A stretch of DNA of 64,000 bases from Azolla caroliniana. Its lineage: Eukaryota; Plantae; Polypodiophyta. The notes under the pieces are model-generated. The model was given only the letters and a program-made list of their open reading frames with translations. It was not told where the DNA came from and made no database searches. This document shows, in pieces, positions 13,749 to 26,100 of the stretch. The stretch spans positions 7,998,001 through 8,062,000 of the forward strand of contig JBHGNT010000010.1 in the NCBI GenBank assembly GCA_043228905.1. Direction: 5' to 3'. The translations under genes and the position numbers were made by a program. Each line of letters starts with the position of its first letter. The first letter of the stretch is position 1.

Positions 13749-14400
13749 TGTCGTGTTACTACGCGCGTGCGTGGAGAAACGAGGCGGGACCACCGGGGTC
13801 TTGAACCGAAGAGCAGGTGATAGAAGGGGAAAGAGAAAGAGAGAGACGCCCGATTACGTATGAGCAAAGAAACACAGGGACACGGCCCGTCAACGCGGAA
13901 GACACGAATGGACACAGAGATAGAGAGACACGAATGTTTGTATATTAACGAATGACACATAAACAACAGAGCACGCGAGCAGTTAGAACCGAACAGGCCG
14001 TCGAACAGATGCCGATGCCTGCTCGTCTGCGCACAAAAGGGGATAGGATGGAGGTGCTGCCGGAAGCACACGGGCGTTCCTCGAAGCAGCGCGAGCCTCC
14101 CGAAAACTTGCAGAGAAGAGCGATGGAGAACGAATAGAGGAGAAGCGTTCGGTTTCGGTCCCACAACACTTCGTCCTCCTCAAAAAAAATGCCCCTTTTC
14201 TCCCCGCGTCTCCCTCTCTTTTATAGCTTCAAGAACGGAGCCGTTTCCCTCATTAACTTCCTACCTACCGAATCTAACTACCTAGGATATACCTTTGTAC
14301 CTAATCCTCTATTATATACATTAAAGGGCGAGCACGCGTGAAGAGCCGGTTCACGCGCGCTATGCACCGATTACGCTAAGGGACGGTTTTCTTCACGACA
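13749..14400 (-). repeat. 5' LTR of C
   Basis: Direct repeat of 7803-8426 with a ~28-bp indel. Confidence 0.95.
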
Positions 14401-15108
14401 ACGTAGAGGAGATAACACAACTGCTGGAAGTTTTCGGCGAAAGTCAGGAAGATATCTTCCACCAGCTGTGCGCGATCAAAAGCGAGCATCAAAGGGCAAT
14501 GGAATTGAAGAAGGTGGAGGCTATAATCGTCCAGGACAACGACTCCGCGGAGCAAAATGAGCGTCCAACTGATCCTAATGACGCAATGCTGGAGGGCCCC
14601 ACGCAAGAAACAGGCCCGGAAGAATCATGCCCAGATGTTTGTCCATGCCCAACGATAGAGCCACCAAGAAATGACGTTTCCTCACCCACATATGGCGTAC
14701 CAACCGAGCCCACCACGGAAACGCTGCGAGAAGAGGACTTGGCCCCCATGCAAGAAACATGCCTGACAAAGTCACGCCCAGATTCCGCGGAGCATGACAA
14801 CACCCCTACCGAACATGCAAGCATTCCAGAGATGACTTCGATGACCGTACCGAACGACATAGTCCCAGCCACGATAATCATTGCAGAGGAAGCAGTACAA
14901 GAAGAAATATGGCCGGAGCCACCCACGAAGAGACTACAAGCGGAAGTGTCGGGTGAGCCACAAAGTGATGGGGCCAACCACGGTACGGAGCCACCAATCA
15001 CGACAAGTAACAACGGGCACCCGAAGCCAAATATCCTTGATATTTTGGTAGATGAATAAAGGGAGGAATGGTCTGACGTGCCAAGGCACTGTCCCACAGG
15101 CGTGCCAA

Positions 15109-15420
15109 TGTTGTCCGCCATAAGAGGACAAATGTAAATAATGCATAATAAAGAAGTGTATTAATTATAATAGAAGCGTTGAAATAACGCGTGTAACAGT
15201 TCACGTGGGAAGCATAACCAACTAGGCCCTGTGTATATAAAGGGCATATTAACATTGTAAAGGGTTAGCGCATTTTTGAGCACAGTCTTTTAATATAGTT
15301 TCTGTCTTCTCTGATTCCTGTATCCTATCTCTTGTCTGTTGTCTGTTGTCTTTTATCCATGTGCATGACTGTGTATGAGTAAGCGTAAGGTGAAGTACGT
15401 GTGCGTATTTACGCACAATA
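15109..15420 (+). repeat. Probable 3' LTR of B (only one copy in the window; ends uncertain)
   Basis: TGTTG start after the same motif that precedes E's 3' LTR; TATATAAAGGG at ~15234; ends ...CAATA (possibly decayed CAACA). Confidence 0.55.
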
Positions 15421-15574
15421 GGAGCTCGGTTGTAGCCGTCTCCCATTACGCCTTTTGTATACACTCTACTGCATAAGTCCCTATGTTCTACATGCTACGC
15501 CAACCTCATCTCCCTTGCACCACGATCACCTTGATACCTACCTCGAAGGACTGAGAGTAGGCCATGTTCCTAAC

Positions 15575-16200
15575 TGGCAACAGTGGCAAAGGCGGCATAG
15601 TCAAGAAGGATCTAACCGGCCAGGACCAAGAAATGGTCGGACGTGGTCAAGGGCTTGAAGAAGGATGACGAATTGGAGATAGCCAATTCGGACAAGAGCA
15701 GGAGAGAATTGAGACAACCAATTTGGTCAAGGAGTTGGATTTGGGAGAATTGAATCATATGAAGGCCAAGTAGTCAAGAAGGCAACCGAAGCCGACACCA
15801 AAACGATAGTAGACGGGTTGAGGGGTGCCAAAGCCGTGGCAGTGAGGGAGTTGAGAAAGGCCTGATGAGTAGACAAGCCGGCCAAGGAGGTCGAAGAATG
15901 CGAGACCGGATAGGTAGAGGAGCATGTGCTAGGAGACTAGCTAGCAAGAGAAGTCGAGGCGAAGAACCCGCAAAACAGAAGGAACCTCTAGTTGAGCTTG
16001 AGGGGCAGTGTTGAGAAGTAAGCTCAACATAGACCAGATCGGATTGGTGAGAGAACCAGATTGGAGAATCGGATCTAGGTTTTTCTCTGTGTTTTCTGTT
16101 GTTTTTCTGTGTGTTCTTCCATTGTTTTTCTCTGTGTTTTTTGTTGTTGTCTGGCTGAGCCAGTTCTATTCTATTTAGCTTCTGCACCTTAATCTTTACA
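15575..16200 (+). mobile_element. Element D: 3' remnant of an Ale-like copia (tail, PPT, short LTR 16009-16200), inserted in F integrase
   Basis: Encodes TKKWSDVVKGLK as in L and P; GTTGAGCTTGAGGGGCAG then TGTTGAG...TTTACA; copia integrase resumes at 16201. Confidence 0.75.
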
Positions 16201-18147
16201 AAAACGATCATGGAAAGGGTCAGATGTATGCTATCACATGCCAAACTGTCTAAGACCTATGTAATTGAGGCATTAATGACGGTTGTTTACAGTATAGATA
16301 GGTCTCTCTCAATGCCATTAGATGGTGATGTCCCACAGAGGGTTGGACAGGAAAAGATGTATCTTACCAGCATCCAATCGTGTTCGAATTCTTGGACCTG
16401 AGATTGAAATTGGATCGCAAAAGTCATCCATATTCTTTCTTTTGGTATGATGAGGACCTATTCAACTATAAACAATGGGACTTGATAGACAAGAAGGTCA
16501 TCAAGAGCCGGGGCATAGTCTTCATGGATTGTGGAAGTTTGCATAAGCAGTCGAATCCGACTCGGCTGATACAATGAGAATCAAATACTAGTCGTCTGAT
16601 AGCCAGAAGCCAGCTGATGAGTTTTGGGAGTCAACCGAAACCAGGCAGCCGACCAATGTACATGTAGAACCGGCCACCAGAAGACAACTAGCGGATGAAG
16701 CCAAATCAGTTTAAGATAAAGAGCCAGATGAGGTAGCCGAACCAAAGTCAGTTACTGATGGAATACGGTACCCCCTAGGACAAAGAAGAGCATCCTGTCA
16801 GTTTCAAGATAGAGAACATGTACTACTGACTAAAGAAGGGGAGCTAGGATGCTTCAATGAAGCAATGATTGATGCCTACAACAAAGAGTGGTATTGTGCC
16901 ATGCAAGACAAAATGGATTCCTTGCATGAGAACCACACATATGAGCTAACCGAGTTGCTGAAAGGAAAGAAGGCACTCATGAATGAGTAGGTAAATAAGT
17001 TGAAACTAGGAAAGAACGGAAATCCACCCAGATATAAAGCCCTCATTGTGGTGAAGGCCTTCCAACATAAAAAGGGTGTAGATTTTGATGAGATATTTGT
17101 CCCAGTGATGAAGATGACATCCATCAGAATTGTGTTGAGCATTGAAACCAGCAGTGAAGATAGAGCAGTTGGATGTCAAGACTACATTTCTGCATGGAGA
17201 TTTAGAGAAATATATCTACATCCAACAGCTTCAAGGATTTGAGGAGAAGGAAAAAGAAAACCTTGTATGCGGCTAAGAAAGAGCTTGTATGGGCTGAACC
17301 AAGCTCCCCTGCAATGGTACAAGAAGTTTGAATCCTTCATGGTGGAGCATGGATTCTACAAGACACAAGTTGACCATTGTGTCTTTGTGAAGAAGTATGA
17401 TGGAGGAGACTTCATGATCCTCTTATTGTACGTTGATGATATGCTTATTGTCGGACATGACCTTAAGAAAATTCTTTTGAGGGCTTTGAGTAATTCTTTT
17501 GCAATGAAAGATATGGGTTCGACAAAGCAAATAATGGGAATGCACGTAGTCCGGGACTAGATAAAGAAGATGTTGTGGCTGTCACAAGAGAAATATGTGA
17601 AAAAGGTGCTCCGTAGATTCAACATGCAAAATGCCAAGCCGGTCGGCTCAATGTTGCCGACATACATCAAACTGAATGCCAGTTAATGTCCAAAGTCCAA
17701 AAAATATAAAGCAAAGATGAGGAAGATCCTGTATGCCTCAACTGTCAGAAGCCTAATGTATGCCATGATATGTACTAGGTCGGACATTGCATATGTTGTG
17801 CCGTTACATGAGAAATCCCGGAAAGGAGCATTGGGTTGTAGTGAAGTGGGTACTCAGATACCTCAGAGGCACCTCGGGTGTATTCCTTAGATACGGCTTA
17901 GGTAAACCCGTGCTTGAAGGGTTTACAGATTTTGATATGTCGGCCGATGTTGATTCTGGCCGCTCTACATCAGGGTACGTAATGACCTATGTAAGGTGAG
18001 CTGCCTCATGGCAATCGAGGCTGCAAAAGGTTGTGGCTTTGTCGACCATAGAAGCTAAGTACATGGTTGTTGTAGAAGCCGACAAGGAAATAATCTGGAT
18101 GAGGGATTTCATTGGTGAGCCAGGAATGAAGCAAGATTATTTCCTAT
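16201..18147 (+). pseudogene. pol: Element F: decayed copia pol (integrase C-half, RT, RNase H)
   Basis: MERVRCMLSHAKL, KKGVDFDEIF, LLLYVDDMLI, GRSTSGYV, ALSTIEAKY. Confidence 0.88.
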
Positions 18148-19886
18148 TATTAGATATAAAGTTATTGATGCGGAAGATGATTGAAGACCCGTTTGTTAGT
18201 CTAGCAAACAAGTAGAGTTGCAGTTTGATGGGATAATTACACAGAGAGAAAGAGAGAGAGATGTGCTCAAAGAAGACTATCTTTCATTAACATTCAAACC
18301 CATTTTACAAGAACAGTTTCCTACTTATATAGCTAGGTTAATTGTGTTCACACTAGAGATACAAAGTGGGCAGAGTGGGGCTTTTATCCCAACAAACTCT
18401 CCCGTAAAAGGACTACTCTTTTTTACATACAATGTGACGGGATTATCTTCCTTGTAAGATCAAATTACATCTTAAACTTAATCAACTATATGTATGCAAG
18501 CCGATCGGCTGGTATCCGAATTGGTAGAGGTAGAGGTAGAGGTAGAGTTAGAGCTAGTTGATCGGCTGCTTGCTGAGTCGGCTAGTGTTCGAATTGGCTA
18601 ATGACCGATTCAATTTTTGACCTCTAGTCTATCGGTTCTCCATGAGTGTGATCCCCGTGCTCTCTGATGGATCATTGATTAGTTTTCGGTTCCATTCAAC
18701 CCTCAATCGTCTCATCTCCTGTCCTTTCAATCTCCTCGCACTCAGTTGTGTTTGTAGCCTTCAGGCTATCCGGCTCCTTTGACTATGTCGTTTCGACTTG
18801 TCTACCCGTGTCATTCTTCAACTTACCTTCTGCTCGTCATTCGGCTCCTCTTTGCTTGCTTGCTTGTTGTAGTCCCACATGTCCTCTTTGTGTGTTGAAG
18901 TGTTGATATGAGAGATGCTTGGTCAGGCTATCGGCGATGTTCACCTCAGTATCCACCTTCTAGACTTCGAGCTTCTTATCAATGATGAGCTCCCGAATAT
19001 GATGGTACCTCACATTAATATGCTTCTTCTTGGCATGTATACCGAATTCTAGATGAGGTATTTGCGTTTTGTGAGTCGCAATAGGGGGTTGATGGTGGAT
19101 GGTTGATTTGGCCTTTAGCCGAAAAGTTAGCCGACAATCGGTGCAGCCAGATGGCGCTTCCTTGACTGCTCCTGATGCGGTTATATACTCGGATTTTGTT
19201 GTTGAGAGTGTAGTGCAGTCTTGTAACTTCGACCTCCATGATATGGCACCACTGCCATAGGTTAAGACATGTCCTGATGTCGACTTCTGATTGTCTGAAT
19301 TACCGGCGTAGTTAGAGTCTGTATAACCTTCGACTTTGATCGAATTGTCCAATCTAAATGTTAGATGTAGATCTTCGGTTCCTCGTAGGTACCTGCAGAT
19401 GTTCTTCACAACTTCCCAATGTTTTCTTCCGGGTTTAGACATGTACTTGTTGATGACTCCTACGGTATGCAAGGTCTGTTCAAGTCACCACTATTGCGTA
19501 CATGAGACTTCCTACTGCCAATGCATAGGGTATTCTGCTCATGAGCTTTCTCTCCTCTTCTGTGGATGGAGAGTCTCTATTGGATAGTCAGAACGACGTC
19601 GGAAGTGGTGTTTGTGCTAGCTTCGCATTCTCCATATTGAAGTGTCTGAGTACCTTTCGAATGTCGTCGGACTTGTCGAGCCGGTGGATCTTTGTTGTCT
19701 GATTTCCCTCTATCAGCATGCCTAATATTTGTCGGGCTTGTCCGGGTTCCTTCATCGCAAATTTGTTGTGACAACTCCACTTTAGCTTTCCAATTTCGGC
19801 TCGATCGCTGCTGGCAATGAGCATGTTGTCGACATATAGGATCAAGTAGATCCGGAACTCGTCGGCTAGTTGCCAAATGTACATAC
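18148..19886 (-). mobile_element. Element G: 3' part of a copia (RT/RNase H remnant, 3' UTR, PPT 18395-18403, LTR 18148-18394)
   Basis: LILYVDNML and GYTDSNYAG..KSTSG motifs on minus; GGGAGAGTT then TGTTGGGATAAAAG; LTR related to that of H. Confidence 0.82.
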
Positions 19887-20031
19887 TGTTGGGCTAAAAG
19901 TCCCATGTTACCCATTTGTATCCTAGTGTGCGACATATAGGATCATGTAGATACGGGACTCATCAGCTTGTTGCCAAATGTACATACTATTGGGCTAAAA
20001 GTCCCACTCTGCCCATGTGTATCTTAGTGTG
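19830..20031. repeat. 101-bp tandem duplication spanning the G/H junction
   Basis: 19830-19930 and 19931-20031 align end to end with scattered substitutions. Confidence 0.85.
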
Positions 20032-20138
20032 AACATGTCCTCATAGTTAGGGCTAAGTTACCCTAACTATATAAGTGAGAGACTAACATTCTTAAAAGTG
20101 TGTTCAGAGGTTAATGTAAGATTGTCATTCTTTGAGCA

Positions 20139-20173
<35 letters not shown>

Positions 20174-20490
20174 TTGTGCAACTGTCTACTTTCATTCTCC
20201 TGAATCTATGTATAGTGCATATTTCTACCTCAATCACTACTTGCGTTGTTTGCTAGACTCACTAACAGGCTCTCAATCCTATTCCGCAACACTCAACAAT
20301 TGGTATCAGAGCAACTCACAATCCGGCAACAACAACAACATAAAACCTGAGAAGAGAAGAATTGACTGAAGGAAAGTACCAAGCCAAAAATCTCACTTCA
20401 TATAGAACATGGCTTCAACATCCGATACAGTAAAAATTCGAAATTTCGACGACAAAAACTTTGCCTTATAGAAAGAAATGATGCAGGATG
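19887..20490 (+). mobile_element. Element H: 5' end of a copia (LTR to 20298, tRNA-iMet PBS 20301-20312, gag start at 20409)
   Basis: TGTTGGG...CAACA, TGGTATCAGAGC, MASTSDTVKIRNFDDKNFAL*KEMMQD; (CT)n at 20141-20169 inside the LTR. Confidence 0.85.
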
Positions 20491-21061
20491 TGAAGAGAAA
20501 AGCGTGGAATATTGCTCGGCCACAACTAAGTCTTGAATCACTTTGATGAGAATGAAACACAGAAATGGGAAGTGGAGAGTACACAAAGGAAATACATAGG
20601 ATGTTTATGTGGAAAACCTAAATAGGGAAAAACCACGGGAGCCCACAGACTCCAACATCACTATAGGAGAAAGGTACAATCAGAGCCTTAGAGGCAACAA
20701 CCTCGAGCTTTGTATCTTCGCCATCCAACGGTTACAACAGAGTATCTCTCTTTATCTCACACTCTGTCCCTCTCTGTCGCTCTCTATACAACAATTACAA
20801 CAATATGACAACAACATACAACATCCTCACATAGTGATTGCCCTAAGTCATATTTATACTTATATGAACTTAGGGAAATTTACAAATATAGCCTCAATAA
20901 GCTTACTCAAAACATATTTACAAATATGTCTTCTCTTTTGGTTTTCACCGACTCTCTTCCGGTTCTCATTGGCTCTCCTCCAGTTTCCGGATCTCTTCCG
21001 GTTCTCATCAGGTCCTCTTCATTCATCACCAGATCCCATCCGGAGGGACCGATTCCCAACA
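20491..21061 (-). repeat. 3' LTR of J
   Basis: Matches 46568-46879 and solo LTR 51246-51759; PPT GAAGGGGGAG adjacent on minus. Confidence 0.92.
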
Positions 21062-23123
21062 ATCTCCCCCTTCACTCCGGCATGGGATGTCTCGTCAGCC
21101 CGATCCGCTTTCGGCATGCATCCAGCTTGTCGATTGTCAACACCTTGGTCAGCATATCCGATCCGTTTTCCTCCGTGTGGATCTTCGTCAGCACGAACTC
21201 TTGTTCTTCTACTCTCTCTTGGATCCGGTGGTACCTTCGCTGGATATGTTTCATCCAGGAATGGTAGGCCGCGTTCTTTGCAAGGTGGATGACACTTTGA
21301 CTGTCACAATAGAGCCGGTATTCCTCTTGTTGGATTCCTAGCTCTCTGATGAAGTCCTTCATCCAGATTATCTCCTTGCTAGCTTCTACAGCTGCCATGT
21401 ACTCTGCCTCCATGGTTGACAACGCAACCATCTTCTGCAGCCTTGATTGCCACGAAACAACTCCCCATGCATAAGTCATGACATATCCGGATGTAGACCG
21501 GCTGGTATCCGCATCAACCGACATATCCGAATCCGTGAATCAGACAAGATGGGGATTACCGAAGCCGAACCGATGACACATACTTGAGGTGCCTTTCAGA
21601 TACCGCAGTATCCACTTGATCGCGTTCCAATGCTCTCTTCCGAGATTGCTCATGAACCGGCTTACCACTCCGACTGCATATCCGATATCCGGTCGGATAC
21701 ATACCATTGCGTACATCAAGCTTCCGATGGCAGAGGCATATGGTATCTTCATCATATCTATCTTCTCCGCCTTTGTCCTTGGACTTTGTTTTCCGGATAG
21801 CTTGCAGTTTGTTGGAAGTGTCGATACAACCGACATCGCCTTCGACATGTTGACTTCTCCTGTGACAACCACAACAACTTCTTCGACCGGTCCTAGATGA
21901 TATGCATTCCCAATATCTGTCTTGCCAAACCCAAGTCTTTCATTGAGAAGGTCCGGTTCAGAGCCTTCTTTAGCATCCGAATCTTGCCTTAGTCTTGTTC
22001 GACGATCAACATATCATCCACATATAGGAGGAGTATCAAGAAATCTCCTTCGTCAAATTTCTTCACAAACACGTAGTGATCGGCTTGCGTTTTGTAGTAC
22101 CCTTGGTCAGTCATGAAGGAGTTGAACTTCCGGTACCATTGCCGGGGAGCTTGCTTCAGTTCGTATAAGCTCTTCTTCAGCCGGCACACCAGGTGCTCCT
22201 TCCCTTTCTTCTCAAATCCTTCCGGTTGATGCATGTAGATCTTTCCTTCGAGGTCGCCATGTAGGAATGTCGTCTTGACATCCAGTTACTCTACCTCGAG
22301 GTCCATGCTTGCCGCTATGCCCAATACCATCCGGATGGATGTCATCTTTACTACCGGGGCAAAGATCTCATCGAAGTCCACTCCTTTCTTCTGTTGGAAG
22401 CCCTTCACCACGATCCGGGCTTTGTACCTGGTTTCAACTTGTGCACCCACTTGTTCCGGAGTGCTTTCTTCCCTTTCGGCAAACTCCGTCAATTCTTATG
22501 TGTGGTTCTCATGCAGGGAATCCATCTCGTACTGCATGGCACTCAACCACTTGCGGCTGTGGGTTTCTCTCTTTGCTTCTTCGAAGCTTCTGGCTCCCCC
22601 TCATCGGTTAGCAACACATGCTCTGCATCCGGAAATCTCCGGGGGGCTCTTGTCTCTCGGAGAGGATATCTCCGTCCCTAGTTTCTGATGACCAGTTCCT
22701 TCGTTTGTTCCTCATCCTCATCCGATTCGAGATCTTGTCCAATTCCGGTTTCTTCTTCTTCTTCTTTTGTTGAGAAATAAATGCGGAATAGATCATAATA
22801 AACGAACTACGCGTTGAAATACGAATTACAAAAATGCCAGAAAAACAAGACACACAACAGTGCATAGAGATTTACGTGGAAACCCTAAAACGAGGAAAAC
22901 CACGGGTGAACAGAACTTCACTATAGTATAGTGGATATACAATACAGAGATGATTACAACACTCTGTTGAGTGTATAAGCCGCACAGGGCTCTTCGCGTC
23001 TACTGTTACACACACATCTATGGTGCGGCTCTCTCTTCTCTCTCTCACGCTCTCTTACATTTTACAACTTCTGCTTCTACTCTGTTCATCACGCACATAA
23101 AGTTTTCCCTAGTTGTATATATA

Positions 23124-26100
23124 TGTTGAGCGGCAAGCTCAACTAGAGCCGGATTGGCTGAATAAGCCTGAGCTGGTAAGTGAGACGGATCGGTATGACG
23201 GTGAGCAATCGAGCCGGCAAGCAACAAAGCCGGTTAGCCAGTTAGCCGGATCCAATTGGTAACCGACAACCTAGTGTTAAGTTTAGACTACTAGGCAGTT
23301 ATAGTCTCGTAGTAAGTGTTAGATGCTCGTGTGAGCATTGAAGTACACGGTACTTCTGTCAGTCCCATGAGGACTTGTATAAATAGTGCTGGTAAGCGCA
23401 TTGTATGTACAGAGAACATTTCATATAATTTTGAATTAACGTTCTGCTCTCTTTGTCTGTCTCTCTCCCTCGTACTCTCTCTCACACTCTGTGTTTCCCG
23501 TGTTTCTATTTTAACGCTTCCGCAAACATATATATTTTCATGGTATCAGAGCACGAGGGTCGAGAACCTCTACTGCAAACATTCGCCTTGAAAAGCAAAC
23601 CCTAACAGGTCGCAAGAATAGACACAGAAGTAGTTATGGACAGAGGTATGGCAAGTTCACTTCCCACAGAGAAACTCGACCGGAGCAATTACGCGTCCTG
23701 GTTGTACAAAATGCATCAGTACTTACTGGGGCACGGGTATTGGAGTTTCGTGGAAGGAATGAACGAAACAACACCTAATACGGCACATAAGGATTTCCTA
23801 GTGTGGGAACAATCGGCAAGCAAAGTGATGTACTGCTTCGTGTCCAGTGTCAGAGACCAGTTGCTGAGCCACATCTGAGACGCCAAGACGCCGAAGGAGG
23901 CTTGGTGAAACCTGAAGAAGGTTTTCACCGCGAGCACTACAGCCCGAAAGCTGCAACTCTGACAGGAGTTGAGCAATGTCCGATAGAAGGACATGTCGGT
24001 GGCGGATTATACGGCCCAAATCAAAGAGATCTATGACTCGCTTGCCTCTATTAACGTCACTGTAGAGGAAGACGAGATGGTAAAGGTCTGTCTTGGGGGC
24101 CTGGCGTCTAAGTACAAAGCCTTTTGGACGGTGGTTTGTACAAGGGAGAATACACCGTCATTTTTCGACTTACAGTCGATGCTCCTTGTAGAGGAGAACC
24201 ACGCCGGTGTGTCAACTAGCGCACCCACTGACAGCCGGATGCTGTACACGGAGGCGGATTGGTCCCATGGGCATGGTGGACGAGGCGGGTCGGCATGCAC
24301 TGGAGGCGGCCGACAAGAGCAAGAACGACGACACAGAGATCGTGCCGACAGCAATTCTGGACCCTCCGGGAGCAGGGGGAGTCAATGCGGTACCGGATTC
24401 CGGCAAAACAAATCCACAACGGAATGCTGGTACTGTGGCAATAAGGGCCACAGAGAAAGTGAGTGCTGGAGAAAGCGTGCCGATTCGGACAAATCCGGAT
24501 CCGGCAAGGCCGGCATGGATGGCCGGCAAAGCTCGCACTACGCAAACGGATCGGGAGGATCCAAGAACGATAAGGGGCCAGCCTTGGTGATGAAGCACAA
24601 GGCGAACTCAATGAAGAAGACCACTTCCAAATAGGAGGAAGTGTGGTACGTTGATTCCGGCGCGTCAAACCACATGACGAGCCACAAGGAGTGGTTCTCT
24701 TTGTTGGAGAAATCGGATAAACCAGGAGTAGTCGAAACCAGAGACGACACTCCTCACCCAATCATGCATGTTGGAGAAGTCCCTTTGAGCCACGTCGGAC
24801 AGAAGGGGAAGCTGATGAATGTGTTACACGTTTTGATAATCACGAAGAACCTGGTGTTGGTCGGACAAATCGTTGACAAGGGGATGCAGGTGCGGTTTAC
24901 GCACCTTGGGTGCTTCATTGAGGATGAGGGCGAAGTTATTGCGCAAGGGCGCAGAGACGGGAGGATGTTTATCCTCGACACCAATGATGTTGGCACCGCT
25001 CTATTCGCAAAAGGATAGAAGGTCGAGTCGGACATCGACCTGTGGCACAACCAGATAGGTCACGTCAATTACCGGAGGCTTCAAGACTTGCAAACGAAAC
25101 AAGTTGTTTTCGGTTTGCCGAAGTTTAGCAGCTGGAGAGGCCAAGTATGTGAAGCCTGCCAACTCGAGGAGCAACACCGGCTTCCATTCCCCACCAAACA
25201 AAACCGGAGCCGTAACAAGCTCGACCTTATCCATTCGGATGTGTGGGGACTGGCACAAAATGTTAGTCTTGGCGGGAGTCGATATTTCGTCTCCTTCATC
25301 GACGACTATACACGGCACACATGGATCTACCTCATTGAGCGGAAGAGTAAAGTCTTCGAGTGTTTCCGGAGTCTCCAAAGCATGTTGGAACGGGAATCAG
25401 AGAGGAAGATCAAATGCCTGCGATCGGATGGCGGGAAAGAATACTTTTCTGGCCAATTCAATAGTTATCTGCAGCAAACGGGAATTCGGCGAGAGTTCAG
25501 CTGCAGATACACACCGCAACAGAATGGTGTTGCCGAGAGGAAGAACCGGTCGCTTATTGATGCGGCAAGGGCAATGCTGGAGGAGAAGAGCATGCCCAAA
25601 TTCTATTGGGCGGAGGCGGTCCGGATGGCTGTCTACATCCAGAACCGGATCAGTGACAAGGTGTCAGCTCACGAGCTGTATTTCGGGCGCAAGCCGAACT
25701 TAAGACACCTTAAGATCTTCGGTAGCATTTCTCCCCGTCACTGCAAACCGATCGGATGCAAGTGGGTGTACAAAGTCAAGTACAACACCAACGGTTCAGT
25801 TAACCGGTACAAGGCCCGGTTAGTGGCGAAGGGGTATGCGCAAACCCACGGAATTGATTACGATGAGATGTTCACTCCTATCGCGAAGATGACGACAATT
25901 CGTGTGGTACTGGTGGTTGCTGCGGCAAGGGGATGGCATCTTCATCAGATGGATGTGAAGAATGCATTTCTTCAAGGTGATCTTGAAGAAGAAGTCTTTA
26001 TGACTCAGCCTCCCGGTTTTCAATCAAAGATGAACAAGTCGACGGTATGCCGGCTGAAGAAGTCGTTGTACGGCCTGAAGCAAACCCCTCGAGCTTGGAA

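Larger units (their letters stand above)
7803..14400 (-). mobile_element. Element C: full-length DUF4100/Phygy-like gypsy with two LTRs and an internally deleted integrase
   Basis: Near-identical LTRs 7803-8426 and 13749-14400; PBS; PPT; flanks ACAT/ACGT (4-bp TSD, one transition). Confidence 0.95.
6540..15059 (+). pseudogene. B 3' extra ORF (unknown function), split by C (7803-14400)
   Basis: YFGEYS..KAY...FF..VAKFLLEV...MPK..A..II..EG..DWG block and LQF.T.YEL.E.LA block shared with E; acidic Pro/Thr-rich tail 14499..15059. Confidence 0.75.
3241..15420 (+). mobile_element. Element B: non-chromovirus Ty3/gypsy with 3' extra ORF, interrupted by A and C; 3' end approximate
   Basis: Degraded RT (LDGFSGYNQ, FLDE), RNase H (VFVDASE) and integrase; extra ORF homologous to that of E; reading frame continues across the C insertion. 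Confidence 0.88.

Noticed and set aside
12036-13863. Long + strand ORFs (313, 298, 195 aa)
   Set aside because: Antisense shadows of GC-rich gag in C; no recognisable motifs
15421-15574. Unassigned 150 bp between B and D, possibly another LTR remnant
   Set aside because: No second copy, TSD or intact terminus in the window
18523-18547. (GTAGAG)4 repeat
   Set aside because: Short slippage repeat in G's 3' UTR; not telomeric
20609-21292. 227-aa ORF (similar ORFs at 46686 and 51320)
   Set aside because: Chance frames in antisense J-family LTR sequence, not conserved in length
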